Position numbers and translations under genes: made by a program. A stretch of DNA of 64,000 nt from Candidatus Eiseniibacteriota bacterium. Lineage in GTDB: Bacteria > Eisenbacteria > RBG-16-71-46 > CAZAMP01. Shown piece by piece: positions 28,429 through 38,600 of the stretch; the first letter of the stretch is position 1; every line of letters begins with the position of its first letter. The notes under the pieces were generated by a model. It was not told where the DNA came from and ran no database searches. It was given only the letters and a program-made list of their open reading frames with translations. The stretch spans positions 4,384,001 through 4,448,000 of the forward strand of contig OZ245046.1 of the NCBI GenBank assembly GCA_965224245.1, read 5' to 3'.

Positions 28429-30768
28429 TCACCTTCCCTTCGGGTGTGTCGGATCGACGCGATCGAGGGCGTCGAGCACGATGTCCGACGTCAACAGTTC
28501 GGGCAGAACGATCGGCTCCGACCCGGGGTCGGACCCGAACAACACGTACAACGGCACGCTGTGGCGGTCGAACGACGCGAGCGCCTCGGTGATGACCGGG
28601 TCGCGCGAGGTCCAGTCCGCCTTGACCGGCACCACGCCGAGCTCGGCGAAGCGGCGACGAACCGCGTCCGTCTCGAGCGCGACGCGCTCGTTGACCTGAC
28701 AGCTCAGGCACCAGGCTGCGGTGAAGTCGATGAACGTCGGCGTCCCAGCGCGGGCGGCTCCGAGGGTCTCGGCGTCGAACGCGCGCCACGCGATGCCGCC
28801 CCCGGCTCCGCCGTCACCGGTGAGGGCGGCCGGGGGTTCCAGCGCCCGCGCGGAGAACGCGGCGGTCGCCACGACGCCGACCACAAGGAGCGTGGTTCCA
28901 GCGTGAGCGACACGTTGCCGGGTGGCGAACCGCCCCTCGGTCAGGCGCAGGATCCAGGCACCGAGACCCAGCAGGACCAGAGTCGCCGCCAGGATCAGGA
29001 CGCCCTCGGCGCCCGCTTGCAGGCTCAGCACCCACGCGAGCCAGACGACGGTCCCGAACAGCACGAACCCCAGGATGCCCCTGAGCACGTCCATCCACGG
29101 GCCGGGGCGCGGCACGAGGCGGAGCCAGCCGGGCATGGCGACCAGGGCGACGTACGGAAGCGCCATCCCGAGCCCCAGCATCGTGAACACGAGGAACGAC
29201 ACGATACCCGGCGCGGTGAGCGTGTAGCCCAGCGCCGATCCCATGAACGGGGCCGTACACGGCGTGGCGACCACGGTGGTCATGATCCCGGACGCGAACG
29301 TACCGACCCCGTCGCCGCGCGCGTCCAGCGTCGTCGAGGCGCGCGTGAACGAGGTCCCGATCTCGAACACCCCCAGCAGATTGAGACCGAGCAGGAAGAA
29401 CACGGCCGCCAGCACCATGACGAACGGGGCGGACTGGAGCTGAAACCCCCAGCCGAGGCGCTCGCCACTCGCCTCGAGTAGCGCCATCACCGCGGCCAGT
29501 GCCCAGAATGCGACCAGCACCCCTCCCGAGAACAGCGCCCCGTGCCTGAGCCGCGAGCGCCGGTGCGCCTCGGCCCCCTGGATAAGACCGAGCACCTTGA
29601 CCGAGAGCACCGGCAGCACGCACGGCATCAGGTTCAGGATGAGCCCTCCCAGAAACGCGAACGCCAGCACCCGGACGAGTCCGACCGAGGCTCCGGTACC
29701 GTCTCGATCGGCGCCCTGGACGCCGGTGACGCCGTCGACTCCGGTCGCATCGGACGTGCCGGAGACCGAGAGTCGGGAGACCTCGATCAGGTCCGCGGCA
29801 TCGAGGGGCTCCACCGGCACGTCGAACGTCAGCGCGGTCGTCGTCTGCGCCTCGAGCGCCCACGGGACGTCGGCGACGAGCAGACCCGAGACACGCTCGG
29901 GCGCCGCCAGCGAGAGTCTGGATCGCGAAACGCGGAGCATCCATCCGGCCGGCGTCCGCGACCACGTCTGCGCGCTCGCGTGCTCGATCAGCGTGTCGGA
30001 ACGGGGAAAGAACGTTGCGGTCGACGGCGCGTCGTGTCCGGCGGGACCGTCGACGAGCAGCACCACCACCTCGTCCTCGACGGTGGCCCTCACGCGCCAG
30101 CGCACCGGCGTCACCGGCTCGGCGCCGAGAACGGCGCGGATCGTGGGCGCCCACTGGTCGTCCGTGCGGGAGCGCTCGGCGATCGGAAGCGTCAGCGACA
30201 GACGCGCGTCCCCGGGAAGGCACGCCACGCGGCAGACCAGCCAAGACGCGACCGCCTCCAGGGTCAGGTCGGTCCCGGGCTCCAGCGTCTCGGGGACCCG
30301 TACCTCGAGCGGGAGGATCACGTCGCCCTCCAGACCGAAGCTCGTGAGCGGCGGCACCTGGATGCGCGAGGGAACCGGCCAGCGGATCTCGCCGATCTCC
30401 ACCCCGTCGGGCAGCGTCCAGTCGATCGCCGGGGGAAGACCCGAGTCACCCGGGTTCTCCCAGTAGACGTGCCAGTGCTGATCGAGCGAGATCCTGAGCG
30501 CCACGTGGAACGAGGCACCCGGCTCGACCGCGCTCAGCTCCGAGACCAGAGACGCCGCCGCGGGCTGCGGTTCGGACGTGCCGCCGGCCGTGTCCGAGGC
30601 CGACGACGACGCGGCGGGAGTCTCGGCGGGTACCGACGCGCCCGACGCACCGAGCCCCACCAGGGCGAGGAGAGCCGGGAGCGCGCGCGCCGCGCGGCGT
30701 CGGGCTCGCGCGATCGGCGAAAGCCCGGTGCGTCGAAGCTGTCTCGTTCGCGTCGTGTTGAGTACCAT
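28429..30768 (-). CDS. dsbD: Protein-disulfide reductase DsbD family
   Basis: WHVYWENPGDSG, LNLMPCVLPVL, TPCTAPFMG, FTAAWCLSCQVN. Confidence 0.93.
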   Translation of the reverse strand: MVLNTTRTRQLRRTGLSPIARARRRAARALPALLALVGLGASGASVPAETPAASSSASDTAGGTSEPQPAAASLVSELSAVEPGASFHVALRISLDQHWHVYWENPGDSGLPPAIDWTLPDGVEIGEIRWPVPSRIQVPPLTSFGLEGDVILPLEVRVPETLEPGTDLTLEAVASWLVCRVACLPGDARLSLTLPIAERSRTDDQWAPTIRAVLGAEPVTPVRWRVRATVEDEVVVLLVDGPAGHDAPSTATFFPRSDTLIEHASAQTWSRTPAGWMLRVSRSRLSLAAPERVSGLLVADVPWALEAQTTTALTFDVPVEPLDAADLIEVSRLSVSGTSDATGVDGVTGVQGADRDGTGASVGLVRVLAFAFLGGLILNLMPCVLPVLSVKVLGLIQGAEAHRRSRLRHGALFSGGVLVAFWALAAVMALLEASGERLGWGFQLQSAPFVMVLAAVFFLLGLNLLGVFEIGTSFTRASTTLDARGDGVGTFASGIMTTVVATPCTAPFMGSALGYTLTAPGIVSFLVFTMLGLGMALPYVALVAMPGWLRLVPRPGPWMDVLRGILGFVLFGTVVWLAWVLSLQAGAEGVLILAATLVLLGLGAWILRLTEGRFATRQRVAHAGTTLLVVGVVATAAFSARALEPPAALTGDGGAGGGIAWRAFDAETLGAARAGTPTFIDFTAAWCLSCQVNERVALETDAVRRRFAELGVVPVKADWTSRDPVITEALASFDRHSVPLYVLFGSDPGSEPIVLPELLTSDIVLDALDRVDPTHPKGR

Positions 30769-31013
30769 GGTCGCGGTTCGGTCCGGGTGGATGTCGAGTC
30801 CCGACGGAGATCGGACGCGACCGGCGTCGTCGCGCTCGATCTCGCGGGTCCGGCGGGGTAGCGGTCACTACCGAGGGCGAGGAGTATGATGAATCCAGGA
30901 TCCGGTCGCCATCGCGTCGTGCGGAAACACCCCGGTGGGAGTCAAACCACCGGCGTCGCGGGGAGTTCCTGGAATCGCCGCGGCGTGGGACGCCGCGGCC
31001 GCCGGGCACGTCG

Positions 31014-32216
31014 ATGACCCCACGCGACTGGCGCGAGCTCTGGATGCTCGATCCCGAGATCGTGTTCCTGAACCACGGGTCCTTCGGCGCCACACCCCGG
31101 GCCATTCTCGAGTTCCAGCGCGAGATCCGCGACCGCATCGAGCGCGAGCCCGTCCGGTTCTTCGTGCATCACCTGGAGGGCCTGATGGACGCGGTCCGGC
31201 ATGACCTGGCCGCGTTTCTCCATGCCGATGCGTCGGACCTGGCGTTCGTCAGCAACGCCACCGGTGGCGTGAACGCGGTGCTCCGGTCGCTCGCGCTCGG
31301 CCCGTCCGACGAGCTGATCGTGACCGACCACGCCTACAACGCCTGTCGTAACGCGCTCGACTTCGTCTCGGAGCGCTCGGGCGCCACCGTGGTGGTGGCG
31401 ACGCTCGGCTATCCGATCGCGTCTCCCGAAGCCGTCATCGACGGCATTCTCGAACGCGTGACGCCCCGCACGCGACTCGCGCTGGTCGAGCACATCACGA
31501 GCCAGACCGGCGTGGTGTTTCCGATCGTCGAGCTGGTCCGGGCTCTCGATGCGCGGGGCGTGGACGCGCTGGTCGACGGCGCACACGGCCCGGGCATGGT
31601 GCCGGTCGACCTGGAGGCGATCGGCGCGGCGTACTACACCGGCAACTGCCACAAGTGGATCTGCGCGCCGAAGGGCGCCGGGTTCCTCCACGTCCGTCGC
31701 GACCGGCAGGCCGGCGTGCGTCCCACGGTGATCAGTCACGGCGCGAACACGCCCCGGCCCGGACGCTCCCGGTTCCTGGTCGAGTTCGACTGGACCGGCA
31801 CGGACGACCCGTCGGCCGTCCTGTGCATCGGGGAGTGCATACGGTTCCTGGGCGGTCTCCTGCCCGGCGGATGGCCAGAGCTCATGGCGCACAACCGCGA
31901 CCGGCTGATCGACGCGCGTCGCCTCCTGATCGCGCGAACCGGCCTCGAGCCGGCGGCCCCCGAGCACATGCTGGGAACGCTGGCCAGCTTCCGCCTGCCC
32001 GACGGCTCATCCGAGCCGCCGGAAACCGCCCTCTACGCCGATCCGCTGCAGGACGCGCTCTTCGACGGTCACCGAATCGAGGTTCCCGTGATCGCGTGGC
32101 CGGGGCCGCCCAGACGACTCATCCGGATCTCGAGCCAGCTCTACAACACACTGGCCGATACCGAGCGATTGGCCGACGCACTGTGGGAATTGGTCGGAGA
32201 CCGCCTCGGGGTGTGA
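31014..32216 (+). CDS. Class V PLP aminotransferase (isopenicillin N epimerase / C-S lyase-like)
   Basis: FLNHGSFGATP, VDGAHGPG, TGNCHKWICAPKG. Confidence 0.9.
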   Translation: MTPRDWRELWMLDPEIVFLNHGSFGATPRAILEFQREIRDRIEREPVRFFVHHLEGLMDAVRHDLAAFLHADASDLAFVSNATGGVNAVLRSLALGPSDELIVTDHAYNACRNALDFVSERSGATVVVATLGYPIASPEAVIDGILERVTPRTRLALVEHITSQTGVVFPIVELVRALDARGVDALVDGAHGPGMVPVDLEAIGAAYYTGNCHKWICAPKGAGFLHVRRDRQAGVRPTVISHGANTPRPGRSRFLVEFDWTGTDDPSAVLCIGECIRFLGGLLPGGWPELMAHNRDRLIDARRLLIARTGLEPAAPEHMLGTLASFRLPDGSSEPPETALYADPLQDALFDGHRIEVPVIAWPGPPRRLIRISSQLYNTLADTERLADALWELVGDRLGV

Positions 32217-32293
32217 CAGGCGCGCCCGGGGAGCGTAGAATCCACCGGATGTCGCCCTGCCCTCGCCAGCCTCAACTGCGAAGGAATGCACCG

Positions 32294-33967
32294 ATGTACG
32301 TGGTCGTCCGTGCCGCTCTCGTCGCCGTCGTCTGCGCGGCCAGCGCCGCCGCCCAGTCCGCTCCACCCGGCTTCAGCGTCGAGAACGCGTTTCCCGGCGT
32401 CTCGTTCGGCCAGCCCACGCAGGTCGTCTTCTTGCCCGACGGTCGGGCGCTCGTCGCGGAGAAGAGCGGCTGGATCTCGGTGGTGGCCGCCGACGGGACG
32501 CTGAATCCGAGCCCGTTCATCAGCCTTCGCGCCGAGGTGCTGGCGACCTTCGATCGCGGGCTCCTGGGAATCGCGATCAGTCCCGACTACGAGACCGACC
32601 CGTGGGTGTACTTCCTCTACACCGTCGACCCGAACTTCGACTTCAACGACGAGGAGACCGACGCCTGGTGCCGGCTGATGCGGATGCGGCCTCGGGTCGA
32701 CGAGCCCGATCGGGCCGACACGGCCACACGCGAGTATCTGATCGGTGAGACGTGGGCCGACGGGATCCCGACCCTCGACACCTCGCACACCATCGGCACG
32801 GTCATGTTCGCGCCCGACGGCTCGCTGCTGGTGGGCGCGGGCGACGGCGGTCACTGGGAGGGCCGAGACACCGGCGGACAGGACCCCGACGCGTTCGGGC
32901 CCGGCCTGACCGACCCGGAGGAGGACATCGGCGCGTTTCGCGCGCGATCGCTCAACAGCCTGGCCGGCAAGATCCTCAGAATCGATCCCGAGACCGGCGC
33001 CGGACTGGACTCGAACCCCTACTGGGACGGCGACCCGTTCTCGGACGCATCGCGCGTGTGGCTGTACGGGCTGCGAAACCCGTTCCGATTCAGCCTCGTG
33101 CCGGGCACCGGCAGCGCGAACCCTGCCGACGGCGACCCGGGCGCGCTGCTGATCGGCGACGTCGGCTGGGCCACGTACGAGATCCTCCACTTCGCCCCCA
33201 CCGGGGGCATGAACTTCGGCTGGCCGTGCTACGAGGGTCCTCAGACCACGAGCTACTTCAGTGAGACGACGTTCACCGGCAACACCAACGTGCTCTGCAA
33301 TGCGGTGCCCAATCCGGAGAACCCGACCGCCGAGACGCCCGCCACGCGTTATCTGCATCACTCGGACGGGGCCTCGTCCGCCCCATGGGGCTGGACCGGT
33401 CGCAGCATCACGGGCGGCGTGGTCTACGACGGGACCGAGTACCCCTCCACTTACCGGGGCCGGTACTTCTTCACGGACTGGGTGAACGACTGGATCCGGG
33501 TGGTCACGCTCGACACCGACGGCACGGTGGTCGGCTACTCCACGTTCGTCTCCAACGCGGGCGGCCCGGTCGCGTTCACGACCGACCCGACCAACGGGGA
33601 CATCGTCTACACCGCGTACCTCACCGGCGAGGTGCGACGCATCTCGTACACCGAGGTCGTGGGCGCCGGCGACCCGGCCACCAGCCTCGTCACCGAGGTC
33701 GCGGCCGGTCCCAACCCCTTCTCGAGATCGGCGTCGGTGACGTTCCGGATGTCCGAGGCGATGGATGTGACGGTGCGGATCTTCGACGCCGCGGGGCGCC
33801 GGGTGCGCGATCTCGTCACCGGCCCGCTGATGGCGGGACGACACGACGTCACCTGGGACGGACTGGACGATCGGGGTCTCGACGTGGCGGCGGGTATGTA
33901 CTTCGTCCGGATCTCGGCGAACGGAGCCGTTCTCGGCGAGGCCCGGCTGTCCCGCCTCGATCGCTGA
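32294..33967 (+). CDS. PQQ-dependent sugar dehydrogenase-family beta-propeller with FlgD-Ig/T9SS-like tail
   Basis: DRGLLGIA, LAGKILRID, YGLRNPFRF, GMNFGWPCYEG; PNPF...IFDAAGRRV...WDG...AGMYF. Confidence 0.88.
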   Translation: MYVVVRAALVAVVCAASAAAQSAPPGFSVENAFPGVSFGQPTQVVFLPDGRALVAEKSGWISVVAADGTLNPSPFISLRAEVLATFDRGLLGIAISPDYETDPWVYFLYTVDPNFDFNDEETDAWCRLMRMRPRVDEPDRADTATREYLIGETWADGIPTLDTSHTIGTVMFAPDGSLLVGAGDGGHWEGRDTGGQDPDAFGPGLTDPEEDIGAFRARSLNSLAGKILRIDPETGAGLDSNPYWDGDPFSDASRVWLYGLRNPFRFSLVPGTGSANPADGDPGALLIGDVGWATYEILHFAPTGGMNFGWPCYEGPQTTSYFSETTFTGNTNVLCNAVPNPENPTAETPATRYLHHSDGASSAPWGWTGRSITGGVVYDGTEYPSTYRGRYFFTDWVNDWIRVVTLDTDGTVVGYSTFVSNAGGPVAFTTDPTNGDIVYTAYLTGEVRRISYTEVVGAGDPATSLVTEVAAGPNPFSRSASVTFRMSEAMDVTVRIFDAAGRRVRDLVTGPLMAGRHDVTWDGLDDRGLDVAAGMYFVRISANGAVLGEARLSRLDR

Positions 33968-34030
33968 CCGGGCCAGTGGGTGCGCGCCCGGCGCGCTCGC
34001 GTGGCGCGACGCGTCGCCACGCGAGCACGG

Positions 34031-34387
34031 TCATGCCAGCGTCGCCGTACAGCACTCCGTGACGATCTTGCCGTTGCGACAGATGAGCGTCTGCGTCGCC
34101 TCGACGACGAACGGCTCGGCCTTCCAGACGATGTGTGCCGTGTCGCCCACGACCTCGCGACGAATGGTCGCGAAGCTGTCGAACCAGTTCTCGGGAACCC
34201 GGTCGAAGAACCGCGCGAAGAACCGGCGGAGCTCATCCGCGCCCTGGTAGAAGCCGCACGGGGTCTGCAGCACGGACTCCGGCTCGAACTGGCTGACCAC
34301 CGCGTCCAGATCCTCGTTCGCCAGCGCCTGAAGGTGGCGCGTCATGGCCTGCTCGGCGTGCGTGATCATCTTGGCGACCATCGTCAT
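34031..34387 (-). CDS. NTF2/SnoaL-like protein
   Basis: HLQALANEDLDAVV, GDTAHIVWKA, NGKIV; RBS GGAGGGG. Confidence 0.8.
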   Translation of the reverse strand: MTMVAKMITHAEQAMTRHLQALANEDLDAVVSQFEPESVLQTPCGFYQGADELRRFFARFFDRVPENWFDSFATIRREVVGDTAHIVWKAEPFVVEATQTLICRNGKIVTECCTATLA

Positions 34388-34612
34388 CCCCCTCCGGGTA
34401 CCGGCGGCGAGCGATGCTCGGGTCCGCCGTGAGTGGTGTCGTCGCGGCCGTCCGGCCACCTGGCCGGCCCGCGTGTGCTCATCAGTTCGCGGTCGGGGAG
34501 GGAAAGCTGCAACGCGATCGTGGGATCGATCCCGTCCACGTGGCCGAAGCGAGCCACGTGCACCGCAAGTAGTTGCAAAATAAACAGATAGATCCGGTCG
34601 CGGAAGGGGGTG

Positions 34613-36172
34613 TCAGTCTCCGGGGACGGACGGGCCAGGGTCGGAAAGCCCCGTGATCCGCAGGAGCCGGCAGCCTCCGGGGAAGTCGTGCTCCTCGAGG
34701 ATCTCGAAGTCGCGCCGGATGAAGTAGTCGACCGCGTACGCCTTTCTGGCAGTGAGGACGTACAGTGACTCGGGGTCCCCGGCCTGGCGGGCCACCTCGC
34801 GAATGCGGGTCGACGTGCGGTCGCGGAACCAGATCGGGAAGTGCCGCTCCCGCTCGTCGTCGCTCAGGAGGTACCGGTCGACCGTGTGAGCGGCATTCCA
34901 CGACATCAGGACCGCCCCGTGGCCGCGGTCGCGCCAGAAGGTGACCGCGCCCCGGACGTCCTCGCGGTAGTACCGCGGGTTCGTGTAGTAGTTCGTCAGC
35001 GAGACGCTCCAGATGACGGCCACCGCCGCCGTCGCCGCGATCGCCCAGCGGCGCCGGGACTCCCACAGCTCCCGGAGCCCGATCGCGCACAGGAGGATGA
35101 ACGCCGGGAACGCCCACGACGTGTAGCGAACGTTGAACGTCATGCTCGGTAGATAGGCCACGACCCCGACCCCCAGCACGGGAAGAGCCAGGAGACCCAG
35201 GAGCAATGCATGCCGGCGTCCCGGAAGCGCGTCGAAGGCCCTTCGCAGCCCCAGCACCAGGAGGACGGCGAAGATGACGGTGACCCCGGCGACGATGGGG
35301 AGCTCGGGCGCAACCGCCCCCAAACTTCGGTCCCGGCGTAGCTCGGCCACGCTGGGCCCCAGCGAGAGACCGGCCGAGTAGACAAACGCAGCGTACGGCA
35401 GGTTCATCAGCGACGGACCGGCTCCGCCCAGCGGCGGCTTCAGCTGTCCCACGCGGGCCAGGAAGAACCGCAGCATCGGCAGGAACGCCAGCACCGCGCT
35501 CACTCCGGACGCGATCAGCGGCACCAGCCGGCGCCGGCGACACGCGAGAATCCAGAGTGCGTGGGCCAGGATGCCCAGCGACGCGTACACGTGCGTGTAG
35601 ACCGACGCCGTGATCGACAGCGCATAGAGCGCCCACAGCCGCTTGCCGCCCTCCTCGCTCGCCCGCACGAGCGCGTACGCGGACCAGGTCGAGAGGAACA
35701 TCAGGAGCGAGTACAGCCGGGCTTCCTGACTGTAGTAGACGTGGAACGGGGCCACCGCCATCAGCGCCGTGGCCCATCGCGCCGTCGTGACGTCCACGAG
35801 GCGGCGCGTCATCACGTACGTCATCGCGACGCCGGCCACGCCGAAGACGACCGAGGGCAGTCGCACCCAGGCGTCCGAATCTCCGAACCGCATGAAGAGG
35901 TACGTCACCAGGTGCGACAGCGGCGGGTTCAGCGTGATGCGCGTGTTCAACAGGCGCGCCCAGAACTCCGAGAGCGACGGTGCCGTCGAGACCCAGTACT
36001 GCCACGCCTCGTCCCACCAGAGGCTCTGATTCTCCAGCCGGAACACCCTCAGGAGAGTCGCCACGCCGAGGGTGACCGTCAGGAACACGGCCGTCCCGGT
36101 CCGACCGTCCAGCCAGCGGCCGGTCGATGCCGGGCGGGACGGCGTTGGCGATGCGGGTGAGGCCGGTGACAT
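34613..36172 (-). CDS. Glycosyltransferase family 39 / PMT-like membrane protein
   Basis: QSLWWDE, NPPL, RLPSV, YYSQEARLYSL. Confidence 0.88.
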   Translation of the reverse strand: MSPASPASPTPSRPASTGRWLDGRTGTAVFLTVTLGVATLLRVFRLENQSLWWDEAWQYWVSTAPSLSEFWARLLNTRITLNPPLSHLVTYLFMRFGDSDAWVRLPSVVFGVAGVAMTYVMTRRLVDVTTARWATALMAVAPFHVYYSQEARLYSLLMFLSTWSAYALVRASEEGGKRLWALYALSITASVYTHVYASLGILAHALWILACRRRRLVPLIASGVSAVLAFLPMLRFFLARVGQLKPPLGGAGPSLMNLPYAAFVYSAGLSLGPSVAELRRDRSLGAVAPELPIVAGVTVIFAVLLVLGLRRAFDALPGRRHALLLGLLALPVLGVGVVAYLPSMTFNVRYTSWAFPAFILLCAIGLRELWESRRRWAIAATAAVAVIWSVSLTNYYTNPRYYREDVRGAVTFWRDRGHGAVLMSWNAAHTVDRYLLSDDERERHFPIWFRDRTSTRIREVARQAGDPESLYVLTARKAYAVDYFIRRDFEILEEHDFPGGCRLLRITGLSDPGPSVPGD

Positions 36173-36382
36173 CGAACCCCCGGGGCGGTGCGTCGGCGGC
36201 CCGGACCGTCCGTGGGAGGTCCGGGACGTGTCGATCCCAGCGAGCGGGGCATCATTCCGAAAAAGAGCGCCTCGCGCAACGCCGGCCGGGGGTCGCCGGC
36301 GAGGCCGGGTGGGGGGCGGCCGCACGCCCCGCGCCACGGGCTAAGTCGTTGAAAAGAGATGCGATCGAGATCGACATACCCG

Positions 36383-36411
36383 TTGACACGTCTCTCCCCC
36401 TCGCGTAGGCT
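36383..36411 (+). promoter_or_regulatory. Sigma70-type promoter for speD-speE
   Basis: TTGACA (36383-36388), 17-nt spacer, TAGGCT (36406-36411). Confidence 0.7.
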
Positions 36412-36442
36412 CTTACGGCTTTGTTTCGGGTTTGAGGCCGCG

Positions 36443-36580
36443 CGCCCTGTGATGGGCGGACGATCGTGTTCGGGAGGCGGCGGCCTCTCGTGTTCGCGCA
36501 ACGCTGTTCAGCCGTTTTGCGAAATCGCTGGTAGTCGACCGAGGGCAGGCCGGTCGCTCCGCCGCGAAACGGCGATCGTT
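36443..36580 (+). ncRNA. Candidate structured cis-regulatory leader RNA upstream of speD
   Basis: Five hairpins, four of them enclosed by the pairing GACGAT (36459-64) with ATCGTT (36575-80); not matched to a known family. Confidence 0.45.
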
Positions 36581-36584
36581 GCCT

Positions 36585-36629
36585 GAGGCTCCCGGCTCCC
36601 CAGCGGAGCCGGGAGCCTCCTCTTCTCTC
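36585..36629 (+). terminator. Terminator/attenuator-like hairpin in speD leader
   Basis: Perfect 15-bp stem GAGGCTCCCGGCTCC / GGAGCCGGGAGCCTC with 5-nt loop, followed by pyrimidine tract CTCTTCTCTC (not a pure U run). Confidence 0.6.
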
Positions 36630-36662
36630 ACCCGCCTCGGCGCCAAATCGGAGGACGTATCG

Positions 36663-37118
36663 GTGAAGACGATCGGTCGCCATCTCATCGTGGAGCTCTA
36701 TCGATGTCGCCAGGATCTCCTGAACGACGTCGGTGTCGTGCGCGCTCACATGCTCGAGGCCGCGCGCGTCTGTGGAGCCACCGTCATGGGCGAGTCGTTC
36801 CACGCGTTCAGTCCGCAAGGTGTCAGTGGCACCGTCGTCATCTCCGAGTCGCATCTGTCGATCCACACGTGGCCCGAGAACGGCTACGTCTCGATCGACG
36901 TCTACACGTGCGGGGGCCTGGACCCCCATCCCAGCTTCGACTACCTCGCCACCGCGTTCGAGGCCGATGCCGCGCGCCATCAGGAGATCCTGCGGGGTCT
37001 GCCCGAGGAGCTGGACGAGCACGGCCTGTTACTCCCCGACGACGTCCAGACCATCACCCGCACCGGTCGGGTCGTCGACCTCCGCGCCGGCCGCACGCTC
37101 GAGCCGTCGTCGGTCTGA
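36663..37118 (+). CDS. speD: S-adenosylmethionine decarboxylase proenzyme
   Basis: GRHLIVE, FSPQGVSG..VISESHLSIHTWPE (ESH cleavage site), DVYTCG; GTG start with GGAGG. Confidence 0.95.
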   Translation: MKTIGRHLIVELYRCRQDLLNDVGVVRAHMLEAARVCGATVMGESFHAFSPQGVSGTVVISESHLSIHTWPENGYVSIDVYTCGGLDPHPSFDYLATAFEADAARHQEILRGLPEELDEHGLLLPDDVQTITRTGRVVDLRAGRTLEPSSV

Positions 37119-38092
37119 TGTCCGAGAGGACGACCGACGCGACCGCGCACGGGCCACGCCCGGACGCGCTCTCGACCTACACCACCTCCGGACGCTTCGA
37201 CGGCCGCTGGTTCACCGAGGAGGACTTCGGCGCCACCCGCCTCGGCATTCGCGTCAAGGCACGCCTGCACCACGAGATCAGCCCGCACCAGGAGATCGCG
37301 GTGTACGACAGCGACTTCTTCGGGCGCTTCCTGACGCTCGACAACCTCATGATGTTCACCGAGCGCGACGAGTTCGTGTACCACGAGATGCTCGCGCACG
37401 TGCCGCTGTGCAGCCTCGAGGAGCCGAGCGACGTGCTCATCATCGGCGGTGGGGATTGCGGTGTCGCGCGCGAGGTGCTCAAGCACAGCACGGTCCGCCG
37501 TATCGTCCAGTGCGACATCGACGAGCGGGTCACGCGGGTGTGTGAGCGGTTCTTCGACTGGACCGCTGAGGTGGCCTCGGATCCTCGGGTGATCCTCCGC
37601 TTCGCGGACGGAATCGAGTACGTCGAGAATCACCGCCGTGAGTTCGACGTCATCGTGATCGACTCCACCGACCCGATCGGGCCGGCGGTGGGCCTGTTCG
37701 ATCGTGAGTTCTACCGGAAGGTGGCCGCCGCCCTCCGACCCGGCGGCGTGATGGTCGCGCAGACCGAGACGCCGCACTGGGCGGCCGGCGTGGTGGGCGC
37801 GATCTACGCGGAGATCCGCGCGGTGTTCAGCCACGTCAGCGGGTACATGGGGTTCATCCCCACGTATCCGTCGGGGTCGTGGCTGTGGGCCTACGCGAGC
37901 AACGACACCCGGCACGGGGACTTCGTCGACGAGGGGCGGGTCTCTGAAGTCTCGAAGACGTGCCGCTACTACACCGCGGGGATCCAGCGTGCGGCCTTCG
38001 CGTTACCAGCGTTCGCCACCGCGGCGCTGGACAGCCGAAACGTCTTCGAGCAGCTCGACGAGCGCAACCGACGGAACGCTTCTCCCCGGTAG
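37118..38092 (+). CDS. speE: Polyamine aminopropyltransferase (spermidine synthase)
   Basis: DEFVYHEMLAH, VLIIGGGDCG, DVIVIDSTDPIGP, PTYPSG; TGATG coupling to speD. Confidence 0.95.
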   Translation: MSERTTDATAHGPRPDALSTYTTSGRFDGRWFTEEDFGATRLGIRVKARLHHEISPHQEIAVYDSDFFGRFLTLDNLMMFTERDEFVYHEMLAHVPLCSLEEPSDVLIIGGGDCGVAREVLKHSTVRRIVQCDIDERVTRVCERFFDWTAEVASDPRVILRFADGIEYVENHRREFDVIVIDSTDPIGPAVGLFDREFYRKVAAALRPGGVMVAQTETPHWAAGVVGAIYAEIRAVFSHVSGYMGFIPTYPSGSWLWAYASNDTRHGDFVDEGRVSEVSKTCRYYTAGIQRAAFALPAFATAALDSRNVFEQLDERNRRNASPR

Positions 38093-38279
38093 CGCGACCC
38101 GGGCAGCCGCTGCCCGCGGGGCTCCGATTCATCACAAAAACCACTGTTGACCGGTTCCCTTGTTTCGTATGGTTCCTAGTGGATCCACTGACGTTGCCAT
38201 CGGGGAGGCGACCGGCTGTGTCCTCGCGAGTCCCTCCGCGTGGGAGCGTCCGACGAAGCTCCCCACGCGTGGAGGTCTC

Positions 38280-38600
38280 ATGCCGGTCATTACTCGAGAT
38301 GAGTCACGGGAGGTCGTCCGCGTCGCGTTGCGGACGGTCGCGAGCTTCTCCGGTGACTTCGAGGGATTCACGTTTCGCGCGTTCAGCCGCTATCACAAGC
38401 GCGTTTTTCTTGCGTCGATCAAGAACCAACTGAACACCATTCGACCGGCCGACGGCGAGTATGTCGACATCCGTCTGCGACAGTCGGATTGTGATGGATG
38501 GCCCACTTTCGCGGACTGCATCGACTGGGTGCGCGACAACGCCGTCATCGTGCTTTCCGGGGGTACCGAACCGCTCAAGAGAGCCGACCTGGAGGAGTGA
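38280..38600 (+). CDS. Hypothetical protein (possible ACP-like fold)
   Basis: GGAGG RBS; lower-GC codon usage; overlaps next gene by GTGA. Confidence 0.6.
   Translation: MPVITRDESREVVRVALRTVASFSGDFEGFTFRAFSRYHKRVFLASIKNQLNTIRPADGEYVDIRLRQSDCDGWPTFADCIDWVRDNAVIVLSGGTEPLKRADLEE

Noticed and set aside
36420-36660. Known SAM-I/spermidine riboswitch or tRNA
   Set aside because: SAM-I core sequences and tRNA D/T-loop motifs are not visible; kept only as an unclassified structured leader.
38147-38173. Promoter TTGACC...TATGGT for the islet
   Set aside because: The spacer is only 15 nt; too weak to list.
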